NCBI GenBank assembly: GCA_038040385.1
Contig: JBBPII010000021.1
Span: forward strand, 36,614 to 100,613
Direction: 5' to 3'
From: Candidatus Gilichinskyi gelida
Lineage (GTDB): Bacteria; Acidobacteriota; Thermoanaerobaculia; Gp7-AA8
DNA: 64,000 nucleotides
In this document: one piece after another, positions 57,039-64,000 of the stretch
Numbering within the stretch: the stretch's first letter is position 1
Layout: each line of letters starts with the position of its first letter
Made by a program: the position numbers and the translations under genes
Notes under the pieces: model-generated
The model's input: the letters and a program-made list of their open reading frames with translations, nothing else
What the model was told of the DNA's origin: nothing
Database searches by the model: none

Positions 57039-57401
57039 ATGGTGCGCGAGTTGGCGGATGCGCTCCATCAACGTGGCCGGCTCGTCCACATGCACAATCA
57101 GGTGTTCCCCGATGAGACCCCGGACCGGATTTGGATTCCGACGGTTGCCCGGCGAGGCTGGATCATCGTGACCCGCGACCGCAGACTGCAATACAGGCAT
57201 CTGGAGTGGATGGCATTCTTGCGCGCCAAGGCGCGAGTTTTGTGGTTCAAGGGAGATCGAGCCTCGAACATTGAGATTACAGACGGCTTTCTCGGCGCAC
57301 TGACCGAGATTGACCAGATGACAGCGGTGCTATCGCCGCCGTACATCGTCAAAGTGACTCCAACGAGTCACGTCGCGCAGGTTTACCCCGAAGACGTCTA
57401 G
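57039..57401 (+). CDS. DUF5615 (PIN/Mut7-C-like) putative toxin partner of DUF433
   Basis: ...LADALHQRGRLVHMHNQVFPDETPDRIWIPTVARRGWIIVTRDRRL... fits the DUF5615 pattern (basic-Gly-His...D..I...A..eg.ilvT.D.dF). The conserved N-terminal F-x-D lies upstream of the ATG, so the start may be non-canonical. Confidence 0.5.
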   Translation: MVRELADALHQRGRLVHMHNQVFPDETPDRIWIPTVARRGWIIVTRDRRLQYRHLEWMAFLRAKARVLWFKGDRASNIEITDGFLGALTEIDQMTAVLSPPYIVKVTPTSHVAQVYPEDV

Positions 57402-57610
57402 AGGCCTAACTCACGTCGAGGCCTCTGCTTCTCTTTCAGCAGGACGGCGTCACGCTCGAAGGTGTAACGATCTCGCTCCGGATCTCCGGTTGCCGGATCG
57501 GGATGGGGAACGCCGAGGACGTCGCAGAGATCCCGGAGGAACGAATCCTTGTTCGCCCTTTCCGACGCGCCCGACTGTTTCCACTTGTCGATAAAGGAGG
57601 AGATTTCCAC
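57398..57610 (-). pseudogene. N-terminal remnant (~55 aa) of a YeeA/MmeI-like class I SAM-dependent DNA methyltransferase / type IIG RM gene
   Basis: VEISSFIDKWKQSGASERANKDSFLRDLCDVLGVPHPDPATGDPERDRYTFERDA matches the conserved N-terminus (EFIxKW...ERxxAQSHFxDLCxLLGVP.P...DP.GEWYxFEKGA) of ~1000-aa methyltransferase/RM proteins. It then terminates. Confidence 0.5.
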
Positions 57611-57864
57611 GGGGCTGAAGTCTATCGGAAGGCGTACGTCTTCACGGTTCGCTCGGCTCCGGGTCGGGCGGAACTGCAGGAAGAAGAACGCGGAGTGTGG
57701 AAACGATCCGTGGCACGAAATCAGTGGCGATCACGAAGATCCTGTTGTGGTCGATCTCGTCATACTCGTGCATCAATACATTTCGTAAGGGAATTGGGCT
57801 GAACTTGACACCATCGGAAATGGAGTGTCACAATGCGGTCCGGCGTGATAGGTCGCAGCGGCTG

Positions 57865-58791
57865 CTATGGCTCTTGTGTGTCGTTCTGTTGGCTGGATGT
57901 CGAAATGGCAGCCTGACGCGGAACCCATTCATCGTCAGTCCCGTTTCCTTCGCTGCACTGCGTGAATACGTCCTGAATGGCGTTCCAAACGAAGCGAAAC
58001 TCAGTCCAGTGAGCGGCGTCAAACACGTCGACGTAGTCGATTCGTCCGTCAACAAATACCTTGCTCATGCCGACCTGAATCGAGGCGACGTTGGCCTTGG
58101 TCAGCGTAGTCATTTCTACTCCGGCACGTACATAATTTCGCAGATGATTCAGCGCGTTCGGAAAGAAAATACCGTCACTTCGCGTGCCACCCGGTACCCA
58201 AGCCGCGTCAGCGAGATCGGGCTTCATGAACTCGGGCAGCATTCGCACTCTCATCTTAACCGTTCCTTTAGCAGGAGTCTTTCCGCTGTTAATTATATTC
58301 ACTCCAACCTCAAAGGGAAAATCGGACACCAGAGCGGTATGCATCACACCTACAACTCCAACCCAAGCGCGTTGATCCAGCCGAGCTATTCGTACCGTTT
58401 CCTCCATACGCTTGGCTTGGAGCAAGGCAGCGTCGGCGCTTTCTTTAGCGGCCTCGGCGGACTTGATGACCGCTTTCGTCTGATGCCAGCCGATAAAGAA
58501 CAGGCCGATATAGACGATAAGGATCAGCATCGTGATTACGGCTACCGGGTCATCTATAGCTCGTTGCCACCATTGTGTCGTGTTGGGTTTTGCGCTATAG
58601 GGACGATTCTCGCGACTTATGGCTGGAAGCGCTGGTTTCTTCGTGGCAGATGGTTGACCGGCCTGAGCCTGCTGCTGTGTGCTGGTATTTTGTTTCTTCT
58701 CGCTCTGTCCCGCACTTTGTGAGGGCGCTATGAAGAAGAGTATGAGAAGCGTGGTGGAGGAGCCGATAAACAAGGAACGGTTCATGACCAT
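57865..58791 (-). CDS. hypothetical membrane protein X1 (signal/TM + second TM + ~200-aa soluble domain), low GC
   Basis: MVMNRSLFIGSSTTLLILFFIAPSQSAGQ...AVITMLILIVYIGLFFIGW.... It lies 8 nt downstream of an XRE regulator gene. No recognisable domain. Confidence 0.5.
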   Translation of the reverse strand: MVMNRSLFIGSSTTLLILFFIAPSQSAGQSEKKQNTSTQQQAQAGQPSATKKPALPAISRENRPYSAKPNTTQWWQRAIDDPVAVITMLILIVYIGLFFIGWHQTKAVIKSAEAAKESADAALLQAKRMEETVRIARLDQRAWVGVVGVMHTALVSDFPFEVGVNIINSGKTPAKGTVKMRVRMLPEFMKPDLADAAWVPGGTRSDGIFFPNALNHLRNYVRAGVEMTTLTKANVASIQVGMSKVFVDGRIDYVDVFDAAHWTEFRFVWNAIQDVFTQCSEGNGTDDEWVPRQAAISTSSQQNDTQEP

Positions 58792-58798
58792 CGCGTTT

Positions 58799-59029
58799 TC
58801 AGAACGCCTTGAACAACTCGCCGGGTGGCACTCCGAGCGCCTTCGCGATCTTGACGACGTTGAAGATCGCAACGTTCCGCTGCCCGCGCTCAATCATGCC
58901 GATGTAGTTGTGGTCGAGTCCCGCCTTGTCCGCGAGCGCCCACTGCGAGAGGCCACGTTCCGTCCGCAGGTCGCGGAGCGTCTTTCCGAATTTGGTGAGA
59001 ACTGTTTCGCGCCGCTGCATGCTTCCCAC
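58799..59029 (-). CDS. XRE-family helix-turn-helix transcriptional regulator
   Basis: LRTERGLSQWALADKAGLDHNYIGMIERGQRNVAIFNVVKIAKALGV. Confidence 0.75.
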   Translation of the reverse strand: MGSMQRRETVLTKFGKTLRDLRTERGLSQWALADKAGLDHNYIGMIERGQRNVAIFNVVKIAKALGVPPGELFKAF

Positions 59030-59075
59030 ATTTGGGGGTTGCGCGGGGCGTCGCCGCTACATACTATGAGTAGTC

Positions 59076-59555
59076 ATGAATCCGAGTATGCGAGGCTCGG
59101 AGCGGCGAAAACGCATTCAGACTCTTTTTCTACATCCCGTGGAGTTCTACCGTCTCAGCGAGGGAGCAAGGCTTCTAGGGATCACGCCCTACGCGCTGAA
59201 ACGGGAGGCGGAACAGGATCGCCGCGAGGACTATCGGGCGGGCGGAACGTGGCGCTTCACGTGGCGGCAACTGGCGTACGTCGCCTTTCGGACGTGGACG
59301 CTCGCGGAGATTCAGGAGGCGTTGGGGCCGGAAGCCGCTCGCGTGTTACCGCCGCTCTTGGCGCTTCGCTCCGTCACCGCCCGGCTGCCGGAGTTCCTGC
59401 TGCGAGCGATGGAGATTGCCGCAGAGAACGATGGCACGACGCTCGATGCATGGCTGCACTTCGAGATGATGGACTTCGCCAGCGGCGTCGTGGAGCGGAT
59501 GGAAACGGTCCTGCCCGGCTACTCGCGGGCGTTCCACTACCCCGGCGTCGCGTAG
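59076..59555 (+). CDS. hypothetical protein X2 with an N-terminal HTH-like segment
   Basis: FYRLSEGARLLGITPYALKREAE resembles an excisionase/MerR-type HTH. The remainder is unknown. It is divergent from the XRE gene. Confidence 0.4.
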   Translation: MNPSMRGSERRKRIQTLFLHPVEFYRLSEGARLLGITPYALKREAEQDRREDYRAGGTWRFTWRQLAYVAFRTWTLAEIQEALGPEAARVLPPLLALRSVTARLPEFLLRAMEIAAENDGTTLDAWLHFEMMDFASGVVERMETVLPGYSRAFHYPGVA

Positions 59556-59583
59556 GCGCTACTCTTTCGGCTATCCTGCCCGA

Positions 59584-60405
59584 ATGCCACCAGTCAATCT
59601 ACGCGATCCAGTGCGGGCCGCCGTCTGGACAGCGGCTGCACTCTCATGCGGGTCTATTGGCGTGACCGCGAGCTATCCGCATCCGTGGCTGCCTGCCGAG
59701 GCCGGTGTTTTGATCAGCATCACTTTTTTGATTTTGGCCGTGCTCTCAGCGATAAGGGCTTTGCGCTATTGGTACACGGGCGCACACGCGTCCGGTTTCG
59801 CCGTGCCATACCCGCAGTTCATGAAAACACGCGAGCAGTTGCGGGGAGAAATTCAAGCCCTTACATTCGAACTACGCGCAGTAACAGCGGCACACGAGAC
59901 ACTTGTAATGAAGTTGGTGGCAGATCAGCCAAGGCACATAGATACCGTGGCGAAGGCGCAGTTCGGTTACGACATCCAGATCAGTTTGACACCCGAACAG
60001 AGGGACATAGACGTAATCGTGTACGCCGTGCCTACCGTGAAGGATAGTGCGGCGTTAGCGGCCGATATTGTGGATTTGCTCTCTTTTGGTCGCATCGAAC
60101 GGGCTCAATTCGTGCCGCAGGGACGACGCGCCGGTGGCGGCGATATCATAGAAAAAGTACTGTACGGTAGCGGTATTTGGATTGTTGGAAGGCTCGATGG
60201 TGTCTTAGAGCGGGCGTTAGTCAAGTTGTTTTTGGCGATGGGATTCGATGCGTATATTGACGAATCCCGTAACCACAACCTACCAACTATTGAAATCATT
60301 GTGGGTAGTCGCGGCTCTGATCCGTTCGATGGCGCCGACAGACGGAAAGTGCGTCATATGTTCTTGACGACTCCGATACCGAAACTGGAAGACGATGTTA
60401 GCTGA
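59584..60405 (+). CDS. hypothetical membrane protein X3 (2 N-terminal TM + ~200-aa cytoplasmic domain), low GC
   Basis: VRAAVWTAAALSCGSIGVTA / GVLISITFLILAVLSAIRAL, then a domain I do not recognise. It lies 28 nt downstream of X2. Confidence 0.45.
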   Translation: MPPVNLRDPVRAAVWTAAALSCGSIGVTASYPHPWLPAEAGVLISITFLILAVLSAIRALRYWYTGAHASGFAVPYPQFMKTREQLRGEIQALTFELRAVTAAHETLVMKLVADQPRHIDTVAKAQFGYDIQISLTPEQRDIDVIVYAVPTVKDSAALAADIVDLLSFGRIERAQFVPQGRRAGGGDIIEKVLYGSGIWIVGRLDGVLERALVKLFLAMGFDAYIDESRNHNLPTIEIIVGSRGSDPFDGADRRKVRHMFLTTPIPKLEDDVS

Positions 60406-60559
60406 CGTTACTCTTTCGGGGGCTTCTTCGTCGCGCGTACAAGCATCCGCATGGCTGAATCAAAGTCAAGCGGATGCAGGGAGAGTGGCGTCAACCGCTT
60501 TTTCTTCCTCCGCTGTTTTCCCGCCGCAATCTGCGTTACTCGCTTCTTCGCGGCGGGCA

Positions 60560-60901
60560 TTATGCTTGCCGGATCACGCGCTCAAACATGTCCGGGTCCT
60601 TTCTGGCGTTGTGGCGGAAGCTGAACTCTGCAAGGTAGAGCGGCAGGTAATCCTTGGAAACTTGGTGGTAGCTCCCCATGATGCCGCGCTTGATGAGTGC
60701 CCAAAACGAATCGATGCTCGCGGTGTAGACGTTGCCGCGCACGTACTCATGGGCGCTGTGTTTGACGGAATCATGCGGCCGGTCCATGCCGACGTAGCCG
60801 GGATGGTCATCCGTCGCGACCAGCTTCACGCGATCGGACACGGCCTCATTCACAAAGCCCTGAAGCGTCGCGGCGTCCGTGTTGTCGATAACACGCGCAA
60901 C
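60560..60901 (-). mobile_element. IS1595-family (ISXO2-like) transposase gene fragment (3' third only)
   Basis: See the hepT pseudogene. I see no N-terminal transposase part or IS terminal inverted repeats. Confidence 0.5.
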
Positions 60902-61132
60902 AACCCAGCCGATGATGCTTCGCCATCCGATCTCCGGATGTGCGCCGCGGAATGCCTCGCTCATCCGTTTCGTCGCCTCGCCGAGGACTGGCAATTGTCG
61001 CTCTACGGCCGCCCGCAACATCGAGTCCGCGAGGTAATCATCGAACGTCTTGGCTGCGACATAGAGCGCGATCGCTTCGCCCGCCTCGATGACATCCCAG
61101 AAGTGCGCCGCGTCGCGGTCTTCAGGCCGCAT
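60560..61132 (-). pseudogene. hepT: hepT (DUF86/HepT toxin) 5' portion fused in frame to the C-terminal ~110 codons of an IS1595/ISXO2-like transposase
   Basis: Residues 1-76 (...RAAVERQLPVLGEATKRMSEAFRGAHPEIGWRSIIG) carry the DUF86 pattern but lack the R-x4-H-x-Y motif. Residues ~78-190 (TDAATLQGF...HSAHEYVRGNVYTASIDSFWALIKRGIMGSYHQVSKDYLPLYLAEFSFRHNAR) carry the ISXO2-like transposase C-terminal signature. Confidence 0.6.
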
Positions 61133-61451
61133 AGATGACTTGGCGGGTCGTCAGAATGTGATGGCGTCGGAAGGGATTCTTAACCAGGCGCTTTTCGACA
61201 AAATCGACCTTGCGGACGAACATCCTCTGGAGCTCCTCTTCCATCTCCTGCAGCTCGCCCATCCATGGCCCGAACGACCGGTGCGGATCCTGAAACGTCA
61301 CCAGAAGGTCGACGTCGCTGTCAGGTCGGAAGTCATCGCCAAGAGCGGAACCGAAGAGCGCCAGCTCCTTGATCTGCCACTTCCGGCAGAACTCGGCGAT
61401 CCGCTCCGGTTCGACGCCGAGACGGTTGCGAACGATCTCCTCGACGGTCAT
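61122..61451 (-). CDS. mntA: MntA-type nucleotidyltransferase antitoxin
   Basis: LALFGSALGDDFRPDSDVDLLVTF (GSx9-13DxD). It overlaps the hepT start by 11 nt. Confidence 0.75.
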   Translation of the reverse strand: MTVEEIVRNRLGVEPERIAEFCRKWQIKELALFGSALGDDFRPDSDVDLLVTFQDPHRSFGPWMGELQEMEEELQRMFVRKVDFVEKRLVKNPFRRHHILTTRQVIYAA

Positions 61452-61490
61452 CTGTGGAGAGTGTAGCGGAGGGCACTACAATCCGGCCCC

Positions 61491-62807
61491 ATGGCAGACC
61501 TCAACGTCTACGAAGTCCTCAACCGCAAGCGCCGCGGCGGGCCGCTCGAGCCGCGCGAGATCGAGACCTTCATCGACCTCTACACCCGCGGGGAGATCCC
61601 CGATTACCAGATGTCCGCGCTCCTGATGGGCGTGGCCATCAATGGCATGACCGCCGAGGAGATGGCCACGCTAACGCAGGCCATGCTGCGGTCGGGCGAG
61701 CAGTGGCACCTGCGCGACCAGTACGACTTCATCGCCGACAAGCACTCCACCGGCGGCGTCGGCGACAAGGTCTCGCTGGTCCTCTCGCCGTGGGTCGCGG
61801 CGTGCGGGGTGAAGATCGGGATGCTCTCCGGCCGCGGCCTCGGCCACACCGGCGGCACGCTCGACAAACTGGAAGCCATCCCGGGCTTCAACGCCCGCCT
61901 CTCGCGCGACGACTTCGAGCGCTCCGTCGCCGACGCCGGCTGCGTCATCTCCACATCGACCGAGGGCATTGCGCCCGCGGACAAGAAAATCTACGCCCTG
62001 CGCGACGTCACCGGTACCGTCGAGTCGCTGCCGCTGATCACCGCATCGATCATGTCGAAGAAGCTGGCCATGGGCGCCTCCGCGCTCATCCTCGACGTCA
62101 AGACCGGCAGCGGCGCGTTCATGCGCAAATACCAGGACTCCAAGGCGCTGGCGCAGAGCCTCATCGCCGCCGCGAACGGCTCCGGCACGCGCGTCGAGGC
62201 CCTCATCACCGACATGGACCGACCGCTCGGCATCGCCGCCGGCAACGCGAACGAGATCATCGAGACCATCGACTGCCTCAAGGGCAGCGGCCCCGAGGAT
62301 GTGATGGAGGTGACGCGGGCGCAGGCGGTCAGGCTCATGGTGATGTCCGGCCGCCACGACGAGGCTTCCGCCGGCAAGGCGCTCGACGACGCGCTCACCT
62401 CCGGCCGCGCGCTCGAGCAGGCGCGCAAGTGGATCGTTGCGCAGGGCGGCGACGCGCAGATCGTCGACGACTACTCGCGCCTCCCGCAGCCCAAGACCAC
62501 CATCGAGGTCAAGGCGCCGCGCAGCGGATTCATCACCGCCATCGACACCTACCAGGCCGGCATGTTCACCGTCGACCTCGGCGCCGGTCGCAAGAAGGCC
62601 GACGACCAGATCGACTACGCCGCCGGCGTGATGTTCGACCGCCGCACCGGCGACGCGGTGAAGAGCGGCGACGTCATCGCCCGCATCCAGCTCGGGACCG
62701 GCAAGCGCGACGCGGACGAGACTCGGGCGCGTTTCCTGGCGTTCGTCGAATTCGGCGACGCTCCGCCGGAGACGCGGCCGCTGGTGCATGAACACCTCAC
62801 TTCCTGA
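61491..62807 (+). CDS. deoA: thymidine (pyrimidine-nucleoside) phosphorylase
   Basis: DKHSTGGVGDKVSL...GRGLGHTGGTLDKLE...SIMSKKLA. Confidence 0.9.
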   Translation: MADLNVYEVLNRKRRGGPLEPREIETFIDLYTRGEIPDYQMSALLMGVAINGMTAEEMATLTQAMLRSGEQWHLRDQYDFIADKHSTGGVGDKVSLVLSPWVAACGVKIGMLSGRGLGHTGGTLDKLEAIPGFNARLSRDDFERSVADAGCVISTSTEGIAPADKKIYALRDVTGTVESLPLITASIMSKKLAMGASALILDVKTGSGAFMRKYQDSKALAQSLIAAANGSGTRVEALITDMDRPLGIAAGNANEIIETIDCLKGSGPEDVMEVTRAQAVRLMVMSGRHDEASAGKALDDALTSGRALEQARKWIVAQGGDAQIVDDYSRLPQPKTTIEVKAPRSGFITAIDTYQAGMFTVDLGAGRKKADDQIDYAAGVMFDRRTGDAVKSGDVIARIQLGTGKRDADETRARFLAFVEFGDAPPETRPLVHEHLTS

Positions 62808-63321
62808 GCCAGGCCGCGATCGCGAGCGCCCCCGCGACGATGAACGACCCTCTCGAGATCGTCTGCTTGATCAACGTGCACACCGATCCGAGCCACGGGA
62901 TCCCGTCGAGGGACACGCCGCGCTCGAATCGGCCGAGCATCGCGAGCGCGCTGAAGTTCTCGCCGTAATCCGCGAGCGCGGCGATCAGCGGAAGGATCAC
63001 GATCCAGCGCGGCAGCTTGGTGCCGGGGGCGAGCAGCGCGAGCGCAAAGGCGAGGAGAAAGCCGTAGATGAGCGGGAAGACGAGATCGAGCTGGATCTCC
63101 TGGCTGCGGTATACGTTCCGCCCTTTCGGACCCAACGCTTCGAGCTTCGCGCGGGCGGCGTCCGGCGTATAGAACCAGCTTCCATCGAACGTGCTGAAGC
63201 ACGGCGGATAGCTCTTCGCCTTCATCTGAAAGAAGACGGTGAAGACGAGCGCCACGGCGAGCAGCGTAAAGACGATCCAGGGGCGCGCGGCGGCATAAAT
63301 CCAGTCGACCAACTGCGTCAT
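62797..63321 (-). CDS. hypothetical membrane protein
   Basis: 4-5 TM segments. It overlaps deoA convergently by 11 nt. Confidence 0.45.
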   Translation of the reverse strand: MTQLVDWIYAAARPWIVFTLLAVALVFTVFFQMKAKSYPPCFSTFDGSWFYTPDAARAKLEALGPKGRNVYRSQEIQLDLVFPLIYGFLLAFALALLAPGTKLPRWIVILPLIAALADYGENFSALAMLGRFERGVSLDGIPWLGSVCTLIKQTISRGSFIVAGALAIAAWLRK

Positions 63322-63332
63322 AATCGCCTCCC

Positions 63333-64000
63333 ATGTCGAAGAGACGCGCGATCATTCTCGTTTGTGACTCCCTGGGCGTCGGCGAGCTCCCCGATGCCGC
63401 CGACTTCGGCGACGAGGGCTCCAACACCCTCGGGCACGTACTCGAGTCGCAGCATCCCCACCTCCCCAACCTCGCGCGGCTCGGGCTGCTGCACACCCTA
63501 CCGGAGCCGGCGACGAGCGAGAACCCCGTCGCGGCATTCGGGCGGATGGCGGAGGTCAGCGCCGGCAAGGACACGACCACCGGCCATTGGGAAATGATGG
63601 GCCTCATCGTCGCCGATCCGTTCCGCACCTACCCGCACGGCTTCCCGGCCGAGGTGATCGCGGAGTACGAGTGGCGCATCGGGCGGAAGACGCTCGGCAA
63701 CAAGGCGGCGTCGGGCACCATCATCCTCGACGAGCTGGGCGAAGAGCACGTGCGCAGCGGCGCGCCGATCGTCTACACCTCCGCCGACTCGGTTTTTCAA
63801 GTCGCTGCACACGAAGAGGTCATCCCGGTCGAGGAGCTGTGGCGCATCTGCGCCGAAGCGCGCGAGCTGATGCGCGGTGAGAACAACGTGGGGCGCATCA
63901 TCGCCCGGCCGTTCCTCGGCAGCGGCAAGGGGCACTTCAAGCGCACCGCGAACCGGAAGGACTTCTCCGTGCGACCCACCGGCGAGACCGTCGTCGAGCG
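63333..64000 (+). CDS. deoB: phosphopentomutase; 3' end runs off the window
   Basis: My own translation from the ATG at 63333: [36 protein letters not shown]...[10 protein letters not shown]...[15 protein letters not shown]. This is the DeoB/alkaline-phosphatase-like family. Not in the ORF track because it has no stop inside the window. Confidence 0.8.
   Translation, partial: MSKRRAIILVCDSLGVGELPDAADFGDEGSNTLGHVLESQHPHLPNLARLGLLHTLPEPATSENPVAAFGRMAEVSAGKDTTTGHWEMMGLIVADPFRTYPHGFPAEVIAEYEWRIGRKTLGNKAASGTIILDELGEEHVRSGAPIVYTSADSVFQVAAHEEVIPVEELWRICAEARELMRGENNVGRIIARPFLGSGKGHFKRTANRKDFSVRPTGETVVE

Noticed and set aside
60395-61138. 247-aa + strand ORF antisense to hepT::IS
   Set aside because: It has no family signature. 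It is fully antisense to an ORF with two independent recognisable protein signatures.
1-64000. CRISPR arrays, rRNA, tRNA
   Set aside because: I saw no regular spacer-interspersed direct repeats. I saw no GGTTCGAATCC / T-arm-like tRNA signatures or rRNA-conserved blocks by eye; a tRNA-prediction scan would settle this. The repeats present are palindromic REP/MITE-like, not CRISPR.

Overview
This is a 64-kb window from a high-GC (~68-70%) bacterial chromosome. It is mostly gene-dense housekeeping sequence. The most interesting part is a ~5.6-kb low-GC, defence-island-like insertion between queC and deoA. Four dispersed families of palindromic REP/MITE-like repeats are also present. Two of these families sit in-frame inside intact coding sequences (a yfhO paralogue and tyrA). 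The island contains an orphan HicB antitoxin, an HTH-DUF433/DUF5615 pair, a remnant of a YeeA-like DNA methyltransferase, and an MntA antitoxin next to a hepT toxin gene that has been broken by an IS1595-family transposase fragment. Embedded among these are four uncharacterised genes: an XRE regulator plus a membrane protein, facing a small HTH protein plus a second membrane protein. These are the best candidates here for an undescribed defence or abortive-infection system.

Housekeeping genes that I recognise confidently include the following.
- A minus-strand lysine/DAP operon (asd-lysC-dapB-dapA-dapD).
- amtB-glnK.
- aroA, xthA, glgC, rph, tyrA, queC-queE, and deoA-deoB.
- A methylmalonyl-CoA-epimerase-like VOC protein.
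- An ABC-2 exporter pair.
- A REC-GAF/GAF-GGDEF signalling operon.
- An M28 peptidase.
- A CHRD-domain protein.
- Several envelope proteins (RlpA-like, SLT, OmpA-family, VWA, OMP beta-barrel).

Two further loci deserve follow-up. One is a cytoplasmic operon of an aminotransferase, a class-A beta-lactamase-like protein, a peptidase M15A-like protein and a GCS2-like ligase. The other is three consecutive GT-C/YfhO-type membrane proteins whose ends overlap.

I found no rRNA, tRNA or CRISPR array. All calls come from reading the sequence and the supplied ORF translations; I ran no database search. Some start coordinates are uncertain by a codon or more. I may have mis-transcribed a few sequence lines while reading, so where my position count disagreed with the ORF track I took the ORF-track coordinates.
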